Of a stretch of DNA of 64,000 nt, positions 1 to 9,598 are shown piece after piece. How positions within the stretch are numbered: the first letter of the stretch is position 1; every line of letters starts with the position of its first letter. Source of the stretch: Bacillus subtilis subsp. subtilis str. 168 (GTDB lineage Bacteria; Bacillota; Bacilli; Bacillales; Bacillaceae); assembly GCF_000009045.1 (NCBI RefSeq), contig NC_000964.3, positions 868,001 through 932,000 on the forward strand. Direction: 5' to 3'. The notes below the pieces were generated by a model. That model searched no databases, was not told the origin of the DNA, and was given only the letters and a program-made list of their open reading frames with translations. The position numbers and the translations under genes are program-made.

Positions 1-6
1 CCGCAT

Positions 7-1128
7 CTAACTCCTGGCTTGACGTTTTGTGAAGTCTGTATCCTGATAATAACTGTTTTTGACAAGAACATTCGGTCCGAGGCACCGGACATTCGGGCAG
101 TGGCAACTCAGTTCTTTCGCAAGCTTGGTCTCTCTCCACTTTTCATAGGCGGAAGGGAGGCTGTCCGTCTGAATGTTGCCAAGCGGCGGGGTATCACCGA
201 AATCGGTCACGATAATGTTTCCGTCGAAAATGTTCACATTCAGGCGGGATCGGCCGTCAGGGTCATTTCGCACTGTGACGTTTTTCGCCGCGCGAAGCCG
301 GCGAAGCAGCTTTTGGTCGTCTTCGTCCGGACTGCAGGCATAAAACGGCAGCGTTCCGAACAGCATCCACGTATTTTCATCACGAATATCCAGCAAGCGG
401 TGAATGGCCTGTCTCATCTCTTTCAGGCTGAGGGATTCAAGAGCGCTTGCGAAATCGCTTGGATACATTGGGTGGACCTCGTGACGCTGACATTTCATAT
501 CTTCTGTGATTTGGCGGTGAATATGCTCAATATGCGGAAGTGTTCGTTTGTTCAGCATCGTTTCCGCAGATACCATTACTCCGGCATCCACGAGCGTGCG
601 GCTGTTTTCGATCATTTTTTCAAAATAGCGCGCGCGCTGTTCGAAGGTCGGTTTTCTGTCCATCATGGCAAAGCCGATTTCAGCAAAATCTTCAACTGTT
701 CCCCAGTTATGTGAAATATGTAGCACATCGAGATACGGAATGATCCATTCGTACCGCTCGATGTCGAGGGTCAGATTTGAATTAATTTGTGTCCGCACAC
801 CCCGTTCATGGGCATATTTCAATAAAGGAACAACATATTCTTTTACTGATTTCAACGAAAGCATCGGCTCTCCGCCTGTGATGCTGATGGATCTGAGGCG
901 CGGGATTTCCTCCAGCCGTTTTAACAGAAGATCTATTGGCAGAGCATTCGGGTCTTTAGGCTGCAATGTATAGCCTACAGCACAATGCTCGCATCTCATA
1001 TTGCACAGTGTCGTTGTTGTGAATTCAACGTTTGTCAGCTGCATGTCTCCGTATTGGTCAACATCCATATAGGCTTCCCAAGGGTCAAACTCGGGCGTAA
1101 TCGGACGCAGCTTCGTGTTTTGTGTCAT
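7..1128 (-). CDS. yfkA: Radical SAM / CxCxxxC-motif protein (YfkAB family)
   Basis: 373-aa ORF with CNMRCEHC radical SAM motif, GGEP motif and C-terminal CHCPNVRC; RBS AAGGAG. The stop TAG is followed directly by ATG CGG (positions 6-1), the probable start of the next gene. Confidence 0.9.
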   Translation of the reverse strand: MTQNTKLRPITPEFDPWEAYMDVDQYGDMQLTNVEFTTTTLCNMRCEHCAVGYTLQPKDPNALPIDLLLKRLEEIPRLRSISITGGEPMLSLKSVKEYVVPLLKYAHERGVRTQINSNLTLDIERYEWIIPYLDVLHISHNWGTVEDFAEIGFAMMDRKPTFEQRARYFEKMIENSRTLVDAGVMVSAETMLNKRTLPHIEHIHRQITEDMKCQRHEVHPMYPSDFASALESLSLKEMRQAIHRLLDIRDENTWMLFGTLPFYACSPDEDDQKLLRRLRAAKNVTVRNDPDGRSRLNVNIFDGNIIVTDFGDTPPLGNIQTDSLPSAYEKWRETKLAKELSCHCPNVRCLGPNVLVKNSYYQDTDFTKRQARS

Positions 1129-1272
1129 GACTATCTAACTCCTTTATAAATGGGCATACTAACGCTGCCAACAGTTAATTTTAGACCTGATTTGCCAAGA
1201 TCGCAAGTAGCGCGGCGATTGAAAAACGGCAAAAAATGAGCTACCATAATAAAAAATGAATGGAGGAACAGA

Positions 1273-1458
1273 ATGGGGAACGCCGTAAACAATAAAGATC
1301 AGCAGATTGATTATTTAAAGAACAGACTTGACATGTTTATGAACGTCATCGATTCATTAGACCCTGAAGCAACCGACGTTGAAGATATAGACAGGCTTAT
1401 CAGCATGCTTGATGACCTGGAAGCCAAATACGAACGTTTTAAAAAAGATTGGGAATAA
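1273..1458 (+). CDS. yfjT: Small acidic coiled-coil hypothetical protein
   Basis: 61-aa ORF, RBS GGAGG, followed by a terminator. Confidence 0.85.
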   Translation: MGNAVNNKDQQIDYLKNRLDMFMNVIDSLDPEATDVEDIDRLISMLDDLEAKYERFKKDWE

Positions 1459-1486
1459 AACCGCGTGCCCGCCGCGGTTTTTTTAT
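1457..1486 (+). terminator. Rho-independent terminator after yfjT
   Basis: AAAACCGCG...CGCGGTTTT stem plus T tract. Confidence 0.8.
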
Positions 1487-1558
1487 TGGCATAAAGCAAC
1501 AGTATAAAACAAAGTCTCTATCTGTAAAATAAGAAAAAATGCAGAAGGAGCGCTGGCC

Positions 1559-2350
1559 ATGAAGTGGATGTGTTCAATATGCTGCGCCGCCGTATTGCTT
1601 GCCGGAGGTGCAGCACAGGCGGAAGCGGTGCCGAATGAGCCGATTAATTGGGGCTTTAAACGAAGTGTCAATCATCAGCCGCCAGATGCCGGGAAGCAGC
1701 TGAACAGTTTAATTGAAAAATATGACGCGTTTTATTTAGGGAATACAAAGGAAAAAACGATTTACTTAACGTTTGATAACGGATATGAAAATGGCTATAC
1801 GCCAAAAGTGCTTGATGTCTTAAAAAAACATCGCGTAACAGGAACGTTTTTTGTCACCGGGCATTTCGTAAAGGACCAGCCTCAGCTGATCAAACGAATG
1901 TCAGATGAGGGCCATATTATCGGCAATCATTCCTTTCACCATCCGGATTTAACGACAAAAACAGCTGATCAGATTCAGGATGAACTTGATTCAGTCAACG
2001 AAGAGGTTTATAAAATTACGGGAAAGCAGGACAACCTGTATTTGCGTCCGCCGCGCGGCGTGTTCAGTGAGTACGTACTGAAAGAAACGAAACGCCTCGG
2101 CTATCAAACCGTTTTCTGGTCGGTCGCTTTTGTTGATTGGAAAATCAACAACCAAAAGGGAAAGAAATATGCCTACGATCATATGATCAAGCAGGCGCAC
2201 CCGGGAGCCATTTACCTGCTTCACACCGTATCGAGGGACAATGCAGAAGCGCTGGATGACGCGATTACAGATCTGAAAAAACAGGGCTACACTTTTAAAA
2301 GCATTGATGATCTGATGTTTGAGAAAGAAATGAGGCTGCCGTCTTTGTAA
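1559..2350 (+). CDS. pdaA: Spore cortex peptidoglycan N-acetylmuramic acid deacetylase (muramic delta-lactam formation)
   Basis: Signal peptide; CE4 motifs TFDNG, HSFHH and RPPRG. Confidence 0.95.
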   Translation: MKWMCSICCAAVLLAGGAAQAEAVPNEPINWGFKRSVNHQPPDAGKQLNSLIEKYDAFYLGNTKEKTIYLTFDNGYENGYTPKVLDVLKKHRVTGTFFVTGHFVKDQPQLIKRMSDEGHIIGNHSFHHPDLTTKTADQIQDELDSVNEEVYKITGKQDNLYLRPPRGVFSEYVLKETKRLGYQTVFWSVAFVDWKINNQKGKKYAYDHMIKQAHPGAIYLLHTVSRDNAEALDDAITDLKKQGYTFKSIDDLMFEKEMRLPSL

Positions 2351-2354
2351 AAGA

Positions 2355-2388
2355 GAAAGACCTCTCCTTAAACGGAGAGGCTTTTCTT
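2355..2388. terminator. Bidirectional terminator between pdaA and yfjR
   Basis: CCTCTCC/GGAGAGG stem with flanking A and T tracts between convergent genes. Confidence 0.75.
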
Positions 2389-3248
2389 TATTTTATACAT
2401 TTAATCAGTGCGGCCCAGTCCAGATCCCCGAAGCCTTTCTCAATCCCGCTTTCAAAATGGCTCTTGGCCAGCTCGGCAAGAGGAAGATTTGCAGAAACCC
2501 GTTTTGCGGCGGCGAGTGCCAGGTTGGTATCCTTCAGCCCTAAAGACATTTTGAAGCCGGCCGGCTCAAATTTCTGCTCGGCCATAATGGTTCCGTAATT
2601 TTGATAGACTGGAGAACCAAAGAGCGCGCTGGCGATTTCTAAAAATTGTTTTTGTTCTAAGCCGTATTTCTCCATCATTAAAAAGGATTCAGATAACGCC
2701 TCCAGCATGGACACAAGCAAGAAATTAATGCTGATTTTGGCTGCATTTGCCGTCTTGCTTTCTTCGCCGACGTCAAATATCTGCTGGCTCAGGCTGTCGA
2801 GCAGAGGCTTGGCAGCTTGCTTTGCTTCCGCCGGTCCGGCTGTTATGATACGGAGCGCGGCTTTGGCTGCGGCATCCGGTCTGCCAAGGACAGGAGCGGC
2901 GAGAAAAAATTGTCCTTTCTCTGCATGAGCCGCTGCGAGCTTTTCTGAGAACTCAACACTGATTGTGCTCATCGAGATGTGTATGCCGTTCTCTGCTAAT
3001 CCTTCAAGCAGCCCGTCTTCTCCGAATGTCACGGTGCTGACAGAATCATCATCTGCAAGCATTGTGATGACAATATCAGCGGACTTTGCCGCCAGCCGCG
3101 GCGTATCAGCTGCCTGTGCGCCTTCTGTGACAAGGTCTTCTGTCTTTTGTTTCGTCCGGTTATAGACAGTCAATTCGTAGCCTGCTTGAAGAACATTTCG
3201 GGCAATGGGCTGTCCCATATTGCCGAGTCCGATGACAGCAATTTTCAA
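2388..3248 (-). CDS. yfjR: NAD(P)-dependent beta-hydroxyacid dehydrogenase (3-hydroxyisobutyrate dehydrogenase family)
   Basis: GLGNMG Rossmann motif, catalytic Lys retained (AAKISIN); TTG start at 3248 after GGGAGTG. Confidence 0.88.
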   Translation of the reverse strand: MKIAVIGLGNMGQPIARNVLQAGYELTVYNRTKQKTEDLVTEGAQAADTPRLAAKSADIVITMLADDDSVSTVTFGEDGLLEGLAENGIHISMSTISVEFSEKLAAAHAEKGQFFLAAPVLGRPDAAAKAALRIITAGPAEAKQAAKPLLDSLSQQIFDVGEESKTANAAKISINFLLVSMLEALSESFLMMEKYGLEQKQFLEIASALFGSPVYQNYGTIMAEQKFEPAGFKMSLGLKDTNLALAAAKRVSANLPLAELAKSHFESGIEKGFGDLDWAALIKCIK

Positions 3249-3346
3249 TCTAATCACTCCCTGAATATTTTTTCCATTATAAACAATATGAACAGAATAT
3301 GCATAGCGATCGGCTTACAACAAAAAAGAACAGCTGCTCGCTGTCC

Positions 3347-4306
3347 TCATTTAAAAATATTGAACCATCCTTTATGTACAAACCAAATCAGCATTCCAAT
3401 CACAAGCGCGGCCATCAGGCCAAGTACAGCGAAATATCCGTATTTCCAATGCAGCTCCGGCATAAAGTCGAAGTTCATACCGTATACACCGGCAATAAAG
3501 GTGAGCGGGATGAAAATGGTTGATACGATCGTCAGTGTCATCATAATCGCATTCATCCGGTTTGAGTTTAGCGTCACGTAGCTGTCACGCAAGTCGGACG
3601 TCATGTCACGGTTGGATTCCACAATTTCAGACAACTTTAACAAATGATCATATATGTCGCTGAAATAGGCTTTCGTTTCCCGCTGCTCTTTCACATGGTC
3701 AAGGCTTAAAATCCGGTAGAGCAAATCACGCATCGGGATAATCGTCCGTCTCAAATGCAATAGGTCTGTTCTGAGATCAAACACCTCGTTCATCAGCGTT
3801 CCATACGTTTTGTGGGGACGGCTTTCTTCAATTTCATTCAGCCGGTCTTCAATTTTATACACGAGAGGAAAATATTCATCAACAAGCTGATCCATGATCA
3901 TATAAGAAATATGCCCGGGCCCTTTTTTCAATATGTCCGGTGAAGCATACAAACGCTCCCGGACTTTAGCGATACCGGGCGTTTCGTGTAAATGAAAGGT
4001 GACGACAAATTTTTCGCCTTGAAAGATATCGACTTCCTCCGTCTCAAGTGTTTCCTTATTCAGCGCATGAATCACGTAAAAACGATAGCCGTCATAATGG
4101 TCAAGCTTTGGCCGCTGCATATGCTGGAAGCAATCCTCAATGGCAAGCGGGTGAAAATGAAAAAAATCTCTCAATAACGCCGTTTCCGTATCCTCCGGGC
4201 CGTAAAAATCAACCCAGTACCATGCAATATCAGGCTGTTCCACTCGTTCGATCGGTATATTTTTCAGCAGCTGATGCTCTGTTGTGATTGCGGTAATGTT
4301 GATCAT
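3347..4306 (-). CDS. yfjQ: CorA-family Mg2+/Co2+ transporter
   Basis: GMNF signature, two C-terminal TM helices, MPELHW loop; ATG at 4306 after GGAGGG. Confidence 0.93.
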   Translation of the reverse strand: MINITAITTEHQLLKNIPIERVEQPDIAWYWVDFYGPEDTETALLRDFFHFHPLAIEDCFQHMQRPKLDHYDGYRFYVIHALNKETLETEEVDIFQGEKFVVTFHLHETPGIAKVRERLYASPDILKKGPGHISYMIMDQLVDEYFPLVYKIEDRLNEIEESRPHKTYGTLMNEVFDLRTDLLHLRRTIIPMRDLLYRILSLDHVKEQRETKAYFSDIYDHLLKLSEIVESNRDMTSDLRDSYVTLNSNRMNAIMMTLTIVSTIFIPLTFIAGVYGMNFDFMPELHWKYGYFAVLGLMAALVIGMLIWFVHKGWFNIFK

Positions 4307-4424
4307 AAACAACCCTCCACCTGCCATTATATCATGCGGTCTTTATGAGAAAAGTATACGGTACTCTCTGCCTAATTCCAGCGGCATGTTATACTGAACA
4401 AAAACGGAAAAAAGGGTGGATCTC

Positions 4425-5288
4425 ATGTGGAAGGAAAAAGTATCTGTCACGCCTCCGTATCATTTTGACCGCGTGCTGGACAGGCTGTCTTTAGACCCCC
4501 TCAATGCTGTTGATCGAGAGGCGAGGGAAGTCCGTGTGCCAATCAGAAATCAAGCGGGGGACGTATGTATTGTAAAGGTACAGGCGTTAGGCCATGCGGG
4601 CGAGCCTGAGTTCCTCGTCAGCGGGGAAACGGATCAGGGAGAAATGATGAAGGAAATCAAGCGGATTTTTCAATGGGAAAATCATTTGCAGCACGTTCTG
4701 GATCATTTTTCAAAAACGAGCCTGTCCGCCATTTTTGAAGAGCATGCCGGGACGCCGCTTGTTCTGGACTACAGCGTGTACAACTGCATGATGAAATGCA
4801 TTATCCACCAGCAGCTTAATCTTTCCTTCGCTTACACGCTAACAGAACGGTTTGTTCATGCGTTTGGCGAGCAGAAGGATGGCGTGTGGTGCTATCCAAA
4901 GCCGGAAACGATTGCGGAACTCGATTATCAGGATCTGCGTGATCTGCAATTCAGCATGAGAAAAGCGGAATACACCATTGATACATCAAGGATGATCGCA
5001 GAAGGCACACTCAGCTTGTCAGAGCTGCCGCATATGGCGGATGAAGACATTATGAAGAAACTGATCAAAATCAGGGGTATCGGCCCGTGGACCGTGCAAA
5101 ACGTCCTCATGTTCGGACTTGGCCGTCCCAATTTATTCCCGCTTGCCGATATCGGCCTCCAGAATGCCATCAAACGCCACTTTCAGCTGGACGATAAGCC
5201 GGCAAAGGATGTCATGCTGGCGATGAGCAAGGAGTGGGAGCCTTATTTAAGCTATGCGTCTTTGTATTTGTGGAGGAGTATAGAATAA
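4425..5288 (+). CDS. yfjP: AlkA-like DNA-3-methyladenine glycosylase (HhH-GPD)
   Basis: HhH motif IRGIGPWT and FPLADIGLQ; extended -10 TGTTATACT near 4387. Confidence 0.9.
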   Translation: MWKEKVSVTPPYHFDRVLDRLSLDPLNAVDREAREVRVPIRNQAGDVCIVKVQALGHAGEPEFLVSGETDQGEMMKEIKRIFQWENHLQHVLDHFSKTSLSAIFEEHAGTPLVLDYSVYNCMMKCIIHQQLNLSFAYTLTERFVHAFGEQKDGVWCYPKPETIAELDYQDLRDLQFSMRKAEYTIDTSRMIAEGTLSLSELPHMADEDIMKKLIKIRGIGPWTVQNVLMFGLGRPNLFPLADIGLQNAIKRHFQLDDKPAKDVMLAMSKEWEPYLSYASLYLWRSIE

Positions 5289-5401
5289 TTCGTCTGACAA
5301 TGAAGGAAATCCTGCAAACGTGTTATACTAGAAAGATGTGAAAAAACCATTTCACTTTCTGCCATCCGCAGAAAGCTTCATATAGAAACGGAGAGAACAA
5401 C

Positions 5402-6802
5402 GTGAACCAACAAAAGAAACAGGCGCCCGTCGAACTGAAGGTCGGACAAACTTTTCCGCTGACGATTAAGCGTCTCGGCATTAACGGAGAAGGTGTTGGC
5501 TATTTTAAGAAAAAAGTCGTCTTCGTGCCCGGCGCGCTTCCTGGCGAAGAAGTTGTTGTGCAGGCCACAAAGGTCCAGCCGAAGTTTTCGGAGGGCCGCA
5601 TTAAGAAAATCCGCAAGGCATCTGAGCACCGGGTGGCACCGCCTTGCCCTGTTTATGAACAATGCGGCGGCTGTCAGCTTCAGCACCTTGCATACAGCCA
5701 GCAGCTTCGGGAAAAACGTGATATCGTCATTCAGTCTCTTGAACGCCATACGAAGTTTAAAGTTGAAAACATGGAAATCAAAGAAACGATTGGCATGGAC
5801 AACCCGTGGAATTACCGCAATAAAAGCCAATTCCAGATCGGGCGCTCGCAAAGCGGCAGCATCATCGCCGGCTTATACGGCCTTGATTCTCATGATATCG
5901 TGCCGATTAAAGACTGTATCGTTCAGCATCCGGCAACGAACAAAACAACAGGCATCGTCCGCCGCATTTTAGAGGACTTCAATGTGTCTGTTTATAATGA
6001 AAGAAAACGAAAAGGCGACGTTCGCACGATCGTGACGAGAGTCGGCTTTGAAACAGGCGAAGTGCAGGTCGTGCTTGTAACCGCAAAAGAAACGCTTCCG
6101 CACAAGGAAGAAATCGTCAAAGCGATTCAAAAGCGATTGCCAGAGGTCAAATCCATTATTCAGAATGTAAACGGGGCGAAAACCTCAGTGATTTTTGGTG
6201 AGAAAACAAAACAGCTCGCCGGAAAAACAGTGATTCAAGAAGTGCTCGGCGACGTATCTTTTGAATTGAGCGCCCGCGCTTTCTTCCAGCTCAATCCGGA
6301 ACAGACCGTCAAGCTGTATGATGAAGTGAAAAAAGCGGCGCAGCTGACCGGAAAAGAAAAAGTCGTTGATGCGTATTGCGGCGTCGGCACTATCGGCATG
6401 TGGGTTGCGGACGGAGCGAAGGAAGTCCGCGGCATGGACGTCATCAAGGAATCAATTGACGATGCTAAGAAAAACGCCAAAAAACACGGCATGGCAAATG
6501 CCACATACGTAACAGGAACAGCCGAGCACTGGCTCCCGAAATGGACGAAAGAAGGCTTCCGCCCGGACGTCGTCATTGTAGACCCGCCAAGAACGGGCTG
6601 TGACAGCACGTTCTTGGACACGATCAAAAAAGTCAAACCGAAACGCTTTGTCTACGTTTCCTGCAATCCATCCACGCTTGCGAAAGATTTGCAGACGCTG
6701 TCGAAGGACTATCGCGTGGACTATATTCAGCCTGTCGATATGTTTCCGCAGACGGCGCATGTTGAAGCAGTGGCGAGGCTTGTATTAAAATCGTCTAACT
6801 AA
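5402..6802 (+). CDS. yfjO: RlmD/RumA-family 23S rRNA (uracil-C5)-methyltransferase
   Basis: TRAM domain, Fe-S motif [42 protein letters not shown] and [10 protein letters not shown]. Confidence 0.95.
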
Positions 6803-6840
6803 AAAGAACATTTCCCAGTCATAAAATAGTTTTCCTAATA

Positions 6841-6898
6841 AGACCTGGATTTCGGTAAAATAAACAATTCCGATTTCCGGGTCTTTTTCGTGCGCAGC
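6841..6898 (+). repeat. Left copy of a degenerate direct repeat, also the yfjO terminator
   Basis: ACCTGGATTTCGGTAAA...TCCGGGTCTTTTTCGTGCGCAGC; matches 9472-9512 with a 16-nt insertion; forms a hairpin plus T tract. Confidence 0.8.
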
Positions 6899-7427
6899 TC
6901 TTGTCCTAACGGTCTGTTCTCAATTTTATCTTCCTTCTTTTCGCGGAGATCTTTATTTTAACTGGCGAAAAGAATTGAAAAAACGTGTTGAAAAGCAGGT
7001 GAAAAAAAGCGTTATTTAACCGGAAAAATATCCTCCCAGTATGTTTAAAATACATGAGTAGAATGATGTAAAATCATAGATGTATTTTCATAATTTGTAA
7101 AATTATATATTGACTTGCAGTTATTACGTGTGAAATATTGATGATAGGAATATAAGGAAAGTATGGCGTATATCATTTCAAGAGTCATTCGATGTAAAAA
7201 GTTGAAACATTGTAATAAATGAAAGAGGTGAAAATGATGGCCAACCCCATTTTAAAATGCATAACGTATGAGCACTACAACAATTAAATAATAGTGCCGA
7301 GACGATAACAACTATTACAGTAATACCTACAATGGTTATATCCTTGCGACAATCATGCTTCATAATATAATGATTTTAGATTGACACTTGGCTAAAAAGT
7401 ATTGCAGAGAAGGAAATGGATAATTAA

Positions 7428-7694
7428 ATGGATAAAGTATATAAAAGAAGTTGGTTTCAAACATTTTTGGCATTTTTAGTATCTCAGCTTTATTTTAATT
7501 TTGTAGAATTAACGGGATGGGGTCCTAAGTATAGAGAAATGAATGGATTCCCAGCAAACATAGTTGAACTAGATTTCTTTCAAACATATCTTTCATTCTA
7601 TGATAATCCATGGTTTAATATTATTACTGTTTTCTTGGGAGTTTTCACTATTATACAAATAATTACAGGGATAACAAAGGATATTCGAAATTAA
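7428..7694 (+). CDS. yfzA: Small membrane protein, YfzA family
   Basis: 88 aa, two hydrophobic segments, AT-rich codons, RBS AAGGA. Confidence 0.8.
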   Translation: MDKVYKRSWFQTFLAFLVSQLYFNFVELTGWGPKYREMNGFPANIVELDFFQTYLSFYDNPWFNIITVFLGVFTIIQIITGITKDIRN

Positions 7695-7764
7695 AGCAAT
7701 AACTTCTGATGCCTTATTTAATGATGAAAGAAAATGTACACTTTCTTAATTATCTTATGAGTGA

Positions 7765-7796
7765 AGACTGCGACACTTAGTCAGCAGTCTATTTTA
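7765..7796 (+). terminator. Probable terminator downstream of yfzA
   Basis: AGACTGC/GCAGTCT stem followed by ATTTT. Confidence 0.55.
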
Positions 7797-8024
7797 TGGT
7801 TCTGGATCAGGATTACCGAATTATAACCCTATACAAATATATAGTAGGTTGCCACTTGCTGCGTTGGTTATTTTCTAAATCATGAGCAAATCCCAAATGA
7901 TTCAGATTGAAGTTCTTGAATTCTTTTAAATAAGGGTTTATTTTCTCTTCTCATCCTCTTTACTCCATGTGATTCACAAGTGGTAGCAGCTTAAGTAGGT
8001 TTTTTCATTCTCTTGAGTACTCAG

Positions 8025-8400
8025 TTATACCACCCCCAACTCAATTTGCTTTATCTCTATTAGTTTTTCCGCAAATATGATATAGAGATACGGATATGGT
8101 GTAGTGTTAAATATCTTATCTTCAATAACAGGGCAATTATTTTGCGTTGGTAATATGGAGAACTCATATGATATTCTATTTAGGTTGGAATCCTTTTTAT
8201 CCAAAAAGTTCAAAAGCAAGGCCACTAAGAAAGACGAAGGTCAGCGCCAGTTAACCAGAATATAAAAAATAGGGTAGATAATCATCCCACGTGAAATCTT
8301 CAAAATTTACTATAGATTGATAAGAAATGCTTTCGCATGCGATAAGTGTAAAAGAAGCATGGTCAGTTTTTAATTTGGGATAAAGGTTCAGCCGTATCCC
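8025..8400 (-). pseudogene. Possible decayed foreign gene in two frames
   Basis: Two adjacent minus-strand reading frames (...FEDFTWDDYLPYFLYSG and LLLNFLDKKDSNLNRISYEF...) with protein-like composition, no clear RBS, AT-rich. Confidence 0.3.
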
Positions 8401-8425
8401 ATAATGAAAGGATTTGATTTTTGTT

Positions 8426-9403
8426 ATGACAGAAAATTTCTGGCGTGAATTACCACGGCCGTTTTTTGTACTGGCACCAATGGAAGATGTGACAGATGTT
8501 GTTTTCCGGCATGTAGTAAGTGAAGCAGGCAGACCGGATGTGTTTTTTACAGAGTTCACAAACTCAGAGAGCTATTGCCACCCGGATGGGAAGGATAGCG
8601 TGCGCGGCCGTTTGACTTTTACAGAGGATGAACAGCCAATTGTGGCCCATATATGGGGAGATAAGCCTGAAAACTTCCGTAAAATGAGTATTGGCATGGC
8701 AGAGTTAGGATTTAAAGGACTAGATATCAATATGGGCTGCCCTGTGCCTAATGTGGCGGGGAATGGAAAGGGAAGCGGCCTTATTTGCCGTCCTGCAGTT
8801 GCGGCAGAATTAATACAAGCTGCAAAAGCAGGGGGATTGCCTGTAAGCGTGAAGACAAGACTTGGATACACGGATGTGGATGAATGGCGCGAGTGGCTGA
8901 CACACATTTTGAAACAGGATATTGCGAATCTTTCTATTCATCTGCGTACAAGGGCAGAAATGAGCAAAGTAGATGCGCATTGGGAGCTCATCCCAGAGAT
9001 TAAGAAACTTCGTGACGAGGTGGCACCAGATACATTGCTAACAATAAACGGGGATATTCCTGACCGTCAAACTGGCTTGAAACTTGCTGAACAATACGGC
9101 GTCGATGGAATTATGATAGGGCGCGGTATTTTTACAAATCCTTTCGCTTTTGAAAAGGAGCCGAAAGAGCATAGCAGCAAGGAATTGCTTGATCTCTTAA
9201 GGCTGCATCTGGATCTCCATGATGAATATTCAAAAGAAGAAGCCCGTCCATACAAGCCTCTTCCTCGCTTTTTCAAGATTTATCTCCGCGGATTCCGAGG
9301 GGCAAGTGAATTAAGAAATCAATGCATGAACACAAAGTCAACAGATGAAGTGCGTGCATTGCTCGACGACTTTGAGAGAAAGTATCTTGATGGGATAGAG
9401 TAA
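8426..9403 (+). CDS. yfjN: tRNA dihydrouridine synthase (Dus, DusB2-type)
   Basis: [31 protein letters not shown] and DGIMIGRG motifs. Confidence 0.95.
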   Translation: MTENFWRELPRPFFVLAPMEDVTDVVFRHVVSEAGRPDVFFTEFTNSESYCHPDGKDSVRGRLTFTEDEQPIVAHIWGDKPENFRKMSIGMAELGFKGLDINMGCPVPNVAGNGKGSGLICRPAVAAELIQAAKAGGLPVSVKTRLGYTDVDEWREWLTHILKQDIANLSIHLRTRAEMSKVDAHWELIPEIKKLRDEVAPDTLLTINGDIPDRQTGLKLAEQYGVDGIMIGRGIFTNPFAFEKEPKEHSSKELLDLLRLHLDLHDEYSKEEARPYKPLPRFFKIYLRGFRGASELRNQCMNTKSTDEVRALLDDFERKYLDGIE

Positions 9404-9463
9404 CAGCAGTGCTTGATTCAAAAAAGGCTAACAAAATAAAGGGATTTTTACACAATTCTTGAC

Positions 9464-9512
9464 TAAAATAAACCTGGATTTTCGGTAAATCCGGGTCTTT
9501 TTTGTACGCAGC
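9464..9512 (+). repeat. Right copy of the degenerate direct repeat, also the yfjN terminator
   Basis: TAAAATAAACCTGGATTTTCGGTAAATCCGGGTCTTTTTTGTACGCAGC; hairpin ACCTGGATTT/AAATCCGGGT. Confidence 0.8.
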
Positions 9513-9598
9513 TTTTACTCAGCCTGTCTTTTCTCTAATTTATTGTAAGAAAATAATGGTATATTTAGTGGAGATATCATATAAAGGGGGAGAGGAAA

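Larger units (their letters stand above)
6900..9465. mobile_element. Putative degenerate horizontally acquired AT-rich islet (no integrase)
   Basis: Visibly AT-rich 6960-8420, low coding density with ORF fragments, flanked by direct repeats, located at the 3' end of an rlmD-like gene. Confidence 0.55.

Noticed and set aside
7178-7363. 61-aa hydrophobic minus-strand ORF in the islet as a real gene
   Set aside because: No RBS, Cys-rich random-like composition, and it overlaps a plus-strand RBS-led mini-ORF; kept only as possible debris
6900-9465. Active prophage, ICE or IS at the islet
   Set aside because: No integrase, recombinase, transposase or terminal inverted repeats seen; at most a degenerate relic
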